Source: a virus | Lineage: Duplodnaviria; Caudoviricetes | Length of the DNA stretch: 64,000 bases | Virus record (IMG/VR): IMGVR_UViG_3300025789_000018 | Direction: 5' to 3' (one strand) | Part shown: positions 1-8,890 of the stretch, one piece after another | Layout: every line of letters begins with the position of its first letter | Numbering within the stretch: the first letter of the stretch is position 1 | Position numbers and translations under genes: made by a program | Notes under the pieces: generated by a model | Databases searched by the model: none | Seen by the model: the letters and a program-made list of their open reading frames with translations, nothing else | Told to the model about the DNA's origin: nothing

Positions 1-1790
1 GCAACAACACCATTGATGCTATTACCGAAGTTTGTGTTAATCCCGGTAATAGTTGAGTTTCCGCTTGTTACAGTAACTGTACCATTAGCAGTATAGTTTG
101 TTGGCGGATAAGGAGGCAATGACCAAGATAGATTTACATAATTTTGAGTATTGCCTGGAGTGCTCACTTGACCGTTATTCTGAGTATTTGGCAGCATGAG
201 AGTCCAGTCTTTAGAGTTAAAGCTGTCTGGATCTTTTGCGTTGTATACCTTAGCATAAACAGCGACGTTTGTCGTTGGTGGGATATACGCAGAAGCATAA
301 GCGAAGATATTTTCTGCTTGCTGGCCCTGATTAAACGAAACCTTTGTAGTAATGTGCTTAGAAACAGCATTACCCTGTGTTGTGTTTTCGTTTGTTTGGT
401 CGTTATTTAGAATAGCAGCCGAAGAGAACAGATTCAATCTTTCGCCATAAAGCAGAGGAGAATCATAAATTGGCGAAGATGATGGCAAATTCATTCCCAT
501 GTTCAACGTAATTCTAGCTGAACGATAATCGCTTATTGCTGCGTTTGGTTGATAGATCCCATTGTTGATCGAAAGAACTTCAAGCGATCTAGAAAGAATT
601 GCAGCATTACCGTTAAAGCTATTCACAGGTAAAGTAGTTAATGTGTTATTGTTGAACTTAATATCATTACCCGAATAGAAAGTATATGATGAAGGATTGC
701 TTGGATTGACAAACGCAAAATTGATAGATGGATTAAAGTATCCAGTAGAAGGCGTTGTGATAAAGAGTTCTGGGGTAAACTGATCTACAGTAATCGGCAA
801 TACAGAAGCGATTGTTGCTGTTGCGTTTGAGTGCTCGCCAACAATTGTATTACCAGTCTGCAGATAAAACGTCGAGTTTGCTGTCGATCCGCTAAGAATA
901 ATAGAATTTGATGTTTGATTGATGTTATACACATTGGCAATCATAGATTTCAAATATCTAGCATTGTTGTTGGTTACAGGCAATGGTTCTGTAACGTACA
1001 ATACAGTATCGCTTGCTGGTGTATTTGCTACCTGTCTGATAAAATTACCAGCTGATGTAGAAATTACAATATAATCGTTTGAACTGAACGTGCTTAAGAA
1101 TCTTGTACTAGTTCCTGTAACTGTACTGTTTCCAGTAATTACACTTATTGTTTGCGCAGAAACATATGATCCATTAGTTGCGAATACATTCTCACCACCA
1201 ATAAAAGTTCCAGTGATAGACGAATAGTTGAGAGACTCTACACCACTGTCAGCAACGACAACAGTTTGTGTATTGCTAGTAAACTGTGCAATATTAACAG
1301 AGAAACAAATATCTGTAGAACTTACAGGATTCCATGTTCCATCATTTTGAAAGTTGAATTTTTGTCCTTGGAAATTAGAAACACCAGCAAAAGCTGTAGA
1401 TCCACCAAGAATAACATCTCCGGTTTTGGCTTCCCATAATTGATAACCTGGATCATCAAAAGCAATCAGAACAGCATAAGTCGCACCAGTAGAAAGTTGA
1501 ACTGGTGTTTTAAAATTGAATGTAGTAGGAACATCTGCAGTTGGCGATGGATTGATTGCAGCATATTCTGCTCTTGTTATAGAATTTAGATATACGCTTG
1601 TAGGGTCAGGAACCCCATTGATAGTTTTGGCCAAAGAAACTTGCATACCAGGGGCATACATTCCTGATACCGTTTTGCCCATAGTAGGTTGCGTTTTTAC
1701 ATAAAGAGTTATGCTCGTTACATATATGTTATCAGAGTTAGAAACTGCTTGAGGATCAACATAAAAGGTTTGAGCTAAATTATTAGACAT
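1..1790 (-). CDS. VrlC/DUF4815-like virion structural protein, C-terminal-type half (partial, runs off the window; not in ORF track)
   Basis: ATG at 1790 gives MSNNLAQTFYVDPQAVSNSDNIYVTSITLYVKT...NGVPDP. The frame is open where I checked it (421-480 SSPIYDSPLL; 1-60). The AQTF..D...TSI.LY.K pattern is typical of the C-terminal part of VrlC-like proteins. Confidence 0.75.
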   Translation of the reverse strand, partial: MSNNLAQTFYVDPQAVSNSDNIYVTSITLYVKTQPTMGKTVSGMYAPGMQVSLAKTINGVPDPTSVYLNSITRAEYAAINPSPTADVPTTFNFKTPVQLSTGATYAVLIAFDDPGYQLWEAKTGDVILGGSTAFAGVSNFQGQKFNFQNDGTWNPVSSTDICFSVNIAQFTSNTQTVVVADSGVESLNYSSITGTFIGGENVFATNGSYVSAQTISVITGNSTVTGTSTRFLSTFSSNDYIVISTSAGNFIRQVANTPASDTVLYVTEPLPVTNNNARYLKSMIANVYNINQTSNSIILSGSTANSTFYLQTGNTIVGEHSNATATIASVLPITVDQFTPELFITTPSTGYFNPSINFAFVNPSNPSSYTFYSGNDIKFNNNTLTTLPVNSFNGNAAILSRSLEVLSINNGIYQPNAAISDYRSARITLNMGMNLPSSSPIYDSPLLYGERLNLFSSAAILNNDQTNENTTQGNAVSKHITTKVSFNQGQQAENIFAYASAYIPPTTNVAVYAKVYNAKDPDSFNSKDWTLMLPNTQNNGQVSTPGNTQNYVNLSWSLPPYPPTNYTANGTVTVTSGNSTITGINTNFGNSINGVV

Positions 1791-1803
1791 AATATCTTAA
1801 TCC

Positions 1804-4800
1804 TTAACGATAAAATCTGTAATATGGCCACCAGCAATAGTCATAACCAATTGGTACAACATAATTGCTTGCTGGGATGACATTAATTGTTGCTTGTGCT
1901 GTAGAACTGTTATCCGCCGTAGCAACAATAGCAACCTTGGATGCTGCTAGTGAGTTAGATAGAGCTTGGGCAGCAGACAATCCGGTTGTTGTGGAATTTA
2001 TTCCATTTCCGAAGTAGAACGAGAACTCCATTTGACCGTGCTGATCAGATACAAGACCACCACCCAGAGTGCCACCGAATTGCTTACATAGAGCTGTTTG
2101 ATCAGTTCCATCAAACGTAAACGTATGTTTAGTAGATGGTCTTAGCCCAGTAACAGCAAAATCAAATTTCTGCTGGTTTGCATAGTAATATAGACCATTG
2201 TACAATCCATAAACACCGTAATACCATGGATATGGAACATATCCAGTCAACAGATACACACCAGAAGCAGCATATGCATACGAATATGTATATAGCTGGA
2301 AAGTGCTTGGTGACGGAATCAGAGTACCGCTATAAGTCGAAGGAACAACAGCAGAAGTAGTTGTTGATGGATACTGAATTGTATCTACAGGATATGAGAA
2401 TCTGTAATTGTAATATTCAAATTCCCACCATCTATTATATGTATAGATCTTATAGTATTGCCCCTTTGAAGGGTCATGGGTGAAGTTGTACTGGTACATG
2501 CTTCCAATAGGAGCAAAGTTGCCTGGAGAGTTAGACACCGCTGCAACATACTGATTCAATCCTATAGTGTTTGATGATAGCGGAATAGAACCATCACCGT
2601 TAAATCCAAGAACACCAGTTAATGCATAACTGCTATTGTATCCAGGATATCCTCCAGCATAAAATGGAGGATGATAGATTACATCAGATTCTGGATCTGG
2701 TGTCTGGAAGATAATATATCCTCTATATCCATACCACCAGTCTCTACTAAACACAAACGAGCACGTATTCGAAGTTGCGCTTGCCTTAAATGTATCAATA
2801 GAAACACCAAATCCTGAATTGAACGCATTCATTGTTTGCTGAACAACAACGGGTGATGGTGGTGGTACTGCTCCGTTAGTAGCGGCTGTCTGTTTTACAA
2901 GACGAGTTTCTACATACGGAAGAACAATAGCGTTACCAATCTTAGAATATGAAGTTGCACCAAAATCATTAACAAAATCAATAGGAATATTAGTTGCTGC
3001 CTGGAACGGAACTAACAGGCCATTATTAACGACAGCGGTATTCTCTGGGTTTGTTGTGTCAGTATATTGTGTGCTGCTGAAATCATCAGCAAAAAATCCA
3101 TATTTGAATCTATTTGTTGTTGCTGTGATAGAAGAAGGAATTTGCACATTTTGTACACTCTGTTCAAGCTGAGACAGAGAAACGTACTGTTCTAGCTGAT
3201 AAATTCTTCTTTCAAGATTAGCAATATCTGACATAGTATATCCACTAACCTGAACAGCGTTATTTCCTGTATTGGACACAAAAGGAGCAACAACAGTTTG
3301 GTTTGCAATTCTTTGTAAACTATATGATTGAGAAGCAACTTTAGTATCAAGAATTGACAGATAGTCTGAAGACATATTCTGTGGGATAGAAGGATAAGCA
3401 GGAACCTTAACCAAGCTAATAGTAATACCTGCACTTGGTGTTGGCGGAGGAATTAGAGTTCCTGGAGTTCCAGTAGAATCAAGAACTTGTCCGCTTCCAG
3501 TCACAACAATAGAATCAACTCTTCCAAGATAGCTGACTTGATCACAAATGTGACTTGATCCAGGAACAGGGAAGTTGAAGGTAACTCCACTAAACTTGGT
3601 AGTGCTATTTGATGAAGGTGGATTGATTGGTGCACTTGATGTGCTATTTGTGATAGCAACAGTATTTACAACCGAAGGTCTGAAATCGATAGTATTGATA
3701 AGATCATAATATGCGCCGGTTCCTCCTGTGATTTCAGGAACCTCAACAGCATTAACATATGATGTAGTTAGTGTTGTTGAGTTTGCAGCATCTGTATTTA
3801 CGTTAACATTATATGAGCTAACTGTTTTTACTGTGCTCGAAACTGGAATTGTGAAGTTATCATAAACAACCAATAGAGCTGAGTTGCTTGCTGCAAGCGG
3901 AAGCGAAACTCCTGGCTTTCTATATAGCAACGAAAGATCCATGTAATCTGTTTTCTGGTTGCTATCAACATAGAACATGTTGGTAACATCAGTCAAAGTT
4001 TGAGTAGATGGGCCGATATTTTTTAACGGAACACCAGTAAACGTAACATTTCCTGCAACAGCGCTGGAGTTAAAGGTTACGTTAGATCCACCAGAAGTGG
4101 TTGATACAGAAAATCCAGTCGAATTTGCGTAAACAGCAAAATAAGTTGTGCCGTTAGTTAGACCAGATAGACCCGCAGAAACTGCACTGTTAGAATAAGT
4201 AAAGCTATCGCCGTTAGCAAATACGTTATTGGAAATTGTGATTCTTGCCGAAGAAGTAGCACTTCCTGAAACGTTAGCTTGAGCGTCAATGCTTTGTGTA
4301 TACGGAGAAGAAAGGAAAACGTTTCTTAATCTGAATACACCAGGAACACCCAGATTCCAAGGACCAGTGTCACCACTCGCATTATTAGAAGCAACAATCT
4401 TGATCAGGTTGTTTCTATTAATTGTAATGTTATCTGGCGAAGAAGCAACAGTGTTTGCGTTATAACTAATCGATAGAGGATATGATGAGATGAAAGTCTG
4501 AGCAAATTGAATCGTTAGTGTCTGCGCACTACTGTTTACGTTAACATAACGATTTGGGCGACCATCGATAGGAATAGGAACGTTATTTGGGAATACCTGA
4601 GTAGCGTTAGCTGTAGAAGTTGTAGCTACAGGAACAGAATCAAGGTTAACAGTTACACTGCTTCCTGCTACAGTAAGAGCAGTAATTCTATTAGTTGTTG
4701 TTGATGTAGCGTTAGAAATCTGTAAGTAGTCACCAACATATAGATTTGTCGCACCACCACTAGATGCTAATATGATACTATTTGCAGTTGAGCTGGTCTG

Positions 4801-7023
4801 GCCATTTGTTGTTGCCAATAATGTAGTGAATGGAATTGTTGCAGTAGGAACAACGATAATATCTTGTGCGCTATTCAGAGTTGTGCCTGGAGTATAAGGG
4901 AATGTATTAGAACCAGTCAGCGTAATAGACACACTATTTCCGCTGAACGAACCGATTGTAGCAGTTGTTCTGTATTGGAATTTGTGATTTGCTGTTGACT
5001 TCAGCATCGATGCTGTGCCTGAAGGGAACAGTAGTGTTGAATTAGTATTTACGATCTTAGCAACATTTGTTCCAGTTGTTGTATCTACGGCTAAGATAAC
5101 GTCAGCAATAGCTGAGTTTGATGTTCCTACAACAGACTTTACTGATCTAAAGTTAGCGCCATTCGACATAGCAACGTCAAACAGATACAGTCTATTTGAG
5201 CCAGTAGGTGTTCCTTGAATTCCTCCAGGAAGAACAACCTGAGATCTAATTCTGGCAGTACCAATAATATTTCCTACTGGAGAAATTGTTCCAGTAGCAT
5301 ATCCGCCTGCAGCATTTGAAATAAACTGGTTGGCTGTGTCATAGAATGTGACAAGATCACCAGTTGTGAACTTGAACATACCACCAATTTCTTGGCAGTC
5401 AATATAGTTATTGTAAATTAGAGAAGTAGCAACTGCAGAAACAGAGTTAGTATCAATACCTTTATTTACAGGAAGATAATAATTGCCATTGGTCTTTACT
5501 CTATATCCACCAATATATGCTTCGCCTGGATTTACAACAATGTTGAATGTGCTGTTTGCCTGAGAAGCGGTTGTTGTTGTTTTTGATGTGACTAGGAAAG
5601 GATCAATAACGAAATCGCCGCTAACATCATATGTTCTTTGTGCCATCTCATCTTCGATGACATTATACTGTGTTTGTTGATTTTGCTGATATGGCTGGCC
5701 CTGCGACCAAGTAACCAACGGAAGAAAATCTGTATTAGAAGCTGCAGAAGTTGTAGTAAGAACAGTAAGAGTTGGTGTTAGTTGTAATCTATCTGCTCCT
5801 GGTGACAGATAGCCGTCGGTACCAACAGCGTTGTCATACAACGAAGGATCAACATAAGCAGTTACAATGCTTTCGGCTGTATCAAACCCAACAGAAACTG
5901 CATCAGGAGTAGAACTGTATGGGCTAACTACGATAGTCTGAGAACTTACCTGAGAGAAGTATCCCTTCTGGTAGATAACACCATCAGTTACACCAAATGC
6001 ATATCCATTTCCAACTGGATTTGCTACGCTTGATGGAATAGTAACTTGTGCAATATAGTTTTGAGCAACCAGACTTGCTCCTGATCCTGTAGCCGAACGA
6101 ACGAAAACAGAAGGAGAAATGCTATAGTTGTTTCCTGTGCTGTTAAGAACAACGCTGGTAATAGCTCCTGTATACGTATTCGTAATAAGAGAAGCAGAAG
6201 CACCAGTGCCGATAGAATTTGCTACGGTTGCGCTTGGTCCAGCAGTTCCTTGTCCACCAAGTTGGCTATATTGTGTTACAGTTGATCCTGAAGAGAACGA
6301 CCATGCTTGAGTGTTTGGACTTCCGCTCGCTTGTAAGTCTGAAGCATTTGGCTGCAGAGTAAGAGCATAGTATCCTGGAGCATTTGTAGTATAAACACCA
6401 GTAATTGTCGCGTTACCGCCACCCGAAGACCAGATATATTGTCCAGTAGTAAACGCTGAACTGTTGCCATAAACGAGAATACTATCAACAAAAATTACAG
6501 AGTCTGTATTTGCGTATGAAGAACCTGCCCCAATAATATTAACATTGTTAATTGGATAATTATTGTTATATATTTGGAGGGTGTCACCTACAGAGAACTG
6601 CGTTGTGTTATAGTTATATCCAGAATTTATGTATTTTAGATATATCGTATTAAGGTATGGAGCAGTTGACACATATCCTGTGTTGCCCCCAAGAATATAA
6701 GCAGCCAACCCTGTGGTTGTATTGATAATATAATTGTTTACGTAGTTATTTACGTTTGTAGGTGTATTGTCTACCTGAGTGTCAGCAAGTTTAATGTATG
6801 GGTAATTAGGCATAAAGGTGAAGTTACAGCCTTCAACTATTGTGCCTCTTTTTAGAATATTGTCACCGAACTGTTCTACTTGATTCTGGAGAACAGTTTG
6901 AAGTTGGTTTAATTCTCTCGTCTGAACAGCAATCCCAGGCTTGAACAGAATTTTGCTGTAATTGTTAGTTACATTAAAATCGTCAAAATATGGGTTTCCA
7001 CTTAGATTAGTTTGGATTGGCAT
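1804..7023 (-). CDS. VrlC-like (DUF4815) large virion/baseplate-associated protein, 1739 aa
   Basis: N-terminus PYFDDF...Y.KILFKPG.AVQ.RELNQLQ..LQNQ and later RFKYGFFADDF motif; position next to gp8. Confidence 0.85.
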   Translation of the reverse strand: MPIQTNLSGNPYFDDFNVTNNYSKILFKPGIAVQTRELNQLQTVLQNQVEQFGDNILKRGTIVEGCNFTFMPNYPYIKLADTQVDNTPTNVNNYVNNYIINTTTGLAAYILGGNTGYVSTAPYLNTIYLKYINSGYNYNTTQFSVGDTLQIYNNNYPINNVNIIGAGSSYANTDSVIFVDSILVYGNSSAFTTGQYIWSSGGGNATITGVYTTNAPGYYALTLQPNASDLQASGSPNTQAWSFSSGSTVTQYSQLGGQGTAGPSATVANSIGTGASASLITNTYTGAITSVVLNSTGNNYSISPSVFVRSATGSGASLVAQNYIAQVTIPSSVANPVGNGYAFGVTDGVIYQKGYFSQVSSQTIVVSPYSSTPDAVSVGFDTAESIVTAYVDPSLYDNAVGTDGYLSPGADRLQLTPTLTVLTTTSAASNTDFLPLVTWSQGQPYQQNQQTQYNVIEDEMAQRTYDVSGDFVIDPFLVTSKTTTTASQANSTFNIVVNPGEAYIGGYRVKTNGNYYLPVNKGIDTNSVSAVATSLIYNNYIDCQEIGGMFKFTTGDLVTFYDTANQFISNAAGGYATGTISPVGNIIGTARIRSQVVLPGGIQGTPTGSNRLYLFDVAMSNGANFRSVKSVVGTSNSAIADVILAVDTTTGTNVAKIVNTNSTLLFPSGTASMLKSTANHKFQYRTTATIGSFSGNSVSITLTGSNTFPYTPGTTLNSAQDIIVVPTATIPFTTLLATTNGQTSSTANSIILASSGGATNLYVGDYLQISNATSTTTNRITALTVAGSSVTVNLDSVPVATTSTANATQVFPNNVPIPIDGRPNRYVNVNSSAQTLTIQFAQTFISSYPLSISYNANTVASSPDNITINRNNLIKIVASNNASGDTGPWNLGVPGVFRLRNVFLSSPYTQSIDAQANVSGSATSSARITISNNVFANGDSFTYSNSAVSAGLSGLTNGTTYFAVYANSTGFSVSTTSGGSNVTFNSSAVAGNVTFTGVPLKNIGPSTQTLTDVTNMFYVDSNQKTDYMDLSLLYRKPGVSLPLAASNSALLVVYDNFTIPVSSTVKTVSSYNVNVNTDAANSTTLTTSYVNAVEVPEITGGTGAYYDLINTIDFRPSVVNTVAITNSTSSAPINPPSSNSTTKFSGVTFNFPVPGSSHICDQVSYLGRVDSIVVTGSGQVLDSTGTPGTLIPPPTPSAGITISLVKVPAYPSIPQNMSSDYLSILDTKVASQSYSLQRIANQTVVAPFVSNTGNNAVQVSGYTMSDIANLERRIYQLEQYVSLSQLEQSVQNVQIPSSITATTNRFKYGFFADDFSSTQYTDTTNPENTAVVNNGLLVPFQAATNIPIDFVNDFGATSYSKIGNAIVLPYVETRLVKQTAATNGAVPPPSPVVVQQTMNAFNSGFGVSIDTFKASATSNTCSFVFSRDWWYGYRGYIIFQTPDPESDVIYHPPFYAGGYPGYNSSYALTGVLGFNGDGSIPLSSNTIGLNQYVAAVSNSPGNFAPIGSMYQYNFTHDPSKGQYYKIYTYNRWWEFEYYNYRFSYPVDTIQYPSTTTSAVVPSTYSGTLIPSPSTFQLYTYSYAYAASGVYLLTGYVPYPWYYGVYGLYNGLYYYANQQKFDFAVTGLRPSTKHTFTFDGTDQTALCKQFGGTLGGGLVSDQHGQMEFSFYFGNGINSTTTGLSAAQALSNSLAASKVAIVATADNSSTAQATINVIPASNYVVPIGYDYCWWPYYRFYR

Positions 7024-7036
7024 TCAATATTCCCTT

Positions 7037-8863
7037 TTAAAACGAAAGAGTCAAATTAATATTTTCGGTTTGCGTGTTTGATCTTGTGATTGGTGTAATG
7101 TTTTCAACATAAAGGATGTCACCACTACCTTGAATAATATCAGGAAGCGTTTCACTATATATGCTGAAATTCGCTTGACTTTTCGCACCAATTAATGAAG
7201 ACCCAACTGGAAACAGACCCATTTTGTTTGTAACTACAGCTGTTGTGCTATTAGAAAATAGGCAAACTGCGGTATTTCCTGAAGAAGAATTTGCTCCAAT
7301 ATAAACAATTTCACCATTTGAGAATCCTTGCGAGAGGAATGCTCCAGTATACGTATATGTTTGGTTGAAGGTAGTAAAGCCTACAGAACCTTTATTTCTT
7401 CCTGAAATGACAGCGTTTGCTGTCAAATACGTATTTACCCCAGAAGTGCTTCCGTAAATAGAGTTAGAAGTACTGTTTCCTGTTACAAATTTTCCATTAA
7501 CATTCGTTAAATACAGCGCACCATTAATTGTATCAAAAGAAACGATTTTACCGAAAGCTCCAGTTGCTGGCTGGGTTACATTTTCTCCACGAACAAAATT
7601 GCTAATACTTGACACATCGACATAGACGTTTGCAAATTGAGGATCTCTTACGATGCCTACTGTTCTATATGTACCTGATGCGTAAATTGTATTGCTTATA
7701 CTATTAGCAAACTTTGCGCTTACTGAAACGTATTTGGCATTAAGCTCTTCAATAGGATTAGCCCCATGGCCTTGTATTGGGCTGATTACAGCCGCTACTA
7801 CAGCAGAATTAGAAATCCCAACAATAGGCGCAGAATAAACAGATGCAACAGCAGAGCTATAACCTTGTCCTTGAGAAAGTATGGTGATATTGTTAATTGC
7901 TGTCGATGAAGAATTTACAACAGCAATAGCATATGCGTTTGATGTTTGATATCCATCACCAGTAATTACAACTTTAGGACCAACAACAAATGTATCATTC
8001 GGTTGGGCTAAATTCTGTAAAGAATTGACTAGAGTAATTATAACTCCGCCATATGTTGGATTATAAACAGAACTTGCAATTTCAGCATAACTACCAACAG
8101 AAGAGCCACCATTCATGTATAGGTAGCATCCTTGATAGTAGTTTGTTGTTGTGTTTGCAGTGCTAGGTAGCATATACTGGATTGGATTGCGGCTGTTTGT
8201 TCCAGTAAAATAGATTTGATTATACGATAAAGTTCCTGTTAGATAATTATTATATCCGGATCCACCATTCGATATTTTTATTTTGTTAATTGTTCCAGGA
8301 ATAGCCGCAGAAACAACTGAAGTGTTAGCGATAACAGGAATGTAGTTTGTTGTGGCAAAGGTACTGAATGCAGTAGAGCTTATGCTGAACATGTATTTCC
8401 AATTATAACCATCGCTTGTGAAATAGAAATTTCCAAGAGAAGCAGCTTGAGATTTAACTGGAGTTACTGTCGATGCTGCGCCGTTATTATTGTCCAAACA
8501 TTTGAATACGTCGTAGTATGAACCGTTTTGAACACCAACATAAAATTGAGATGAATACAATGAAGAATTAGTATCATCATATGGCGTATATACTGTACCC
8601 GAGGCCCAGTCATATCTATTCACTGCTAAGTTTACGTTTGTTGAGTTTAATTTGACTCCAAACAACATATCTTGCCAATAATTGTGTCTTGTTGTTTGAA
8701 TATTATCAACTGGAGTATCAATTACAGTATCACCCTGAGAAAACGGAGTAGGCTTACCTGCGAAAACATAATACGTTGAATTTGATGTAGAAACGCTATT
8801 TGCAAATTCCATTGCATTGTGCATTCTATACAAATTCGTAATTGTTTGAATATATGAAGCCAT
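7037..8863 (-). CDS. gp8: Baseplate wedge subunit gp8-like
   Basis: RYDWASGTVYTPYDD, VFKCLDNN, DGYNWKYMFSI, SGDILYVEN..PI.R motifs; T4-like synteny. Confidence 0.9.
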   Translation of the reverse strand: MASYIQTITNLYRMHNAMEFANSVSTSNSTYYVFAGKPTPFSQGDTVIDTPVDNIQTTRHNYWQDMLFGVKLNSTNVNLAVNRYDWASGTVYTPYDDTNSSLYSSQFYVGVQNGSYYDVFKCLDNNNGAASTVTPVKSQAASLGNFYFTSDGYNWKYMFSISSTAFSTFATTNYIPVIANTSVVSAAIPGTINKIKISNGGSGYNNYLTGTLSYNQIYFTGTNSRNPIQYMLPSTANTTTNYYQGCYLYMNGGSSVGSYAEIASSVYNPTYGGVIITLVNSLQNLAQPNDTFVVGPKVVITGDGYQTSNAYAIAVVNSSSTAINNITILSQGQGYSSAVASVYSAPIVGISNSAVVAAVISPIQGHGANPIEELNAKYVSVSAKFANSISNTIYASGTYRTVGIVRDPQFANVYVDVSSISNFVRGENVTQPATGAFGKIVSFDTINGALYLTNVNGKFVTGNSTSNSIYGSTSGVNTYLTANAVISGRNKGSVGFTTFNQTYTYTGAFLSQGFSNGEIVYIGANSSSGNTAVCLFSNSTTAVVTNKMGLFPVGSSLIGAKSQANFSIYSETLPDIIQGSGDILYVENITPITRSNTQTENINLTLSF

Positions 8864-8890
8864 TATTAATCCCAGTTTAATTTATTATAT

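Noticed and set aside
144-1704. Short ORFs 144-410, 164-370 and 1516-1704
   Set aside because: Shadows of the long uncalled - strand ORF starting at 1790
1804-2900. Diversity-generating retroelement target suggested by aromatic-rich C-terminus
   Set aside because: No reverse transcriptase and no template-repeat copy seen in the window
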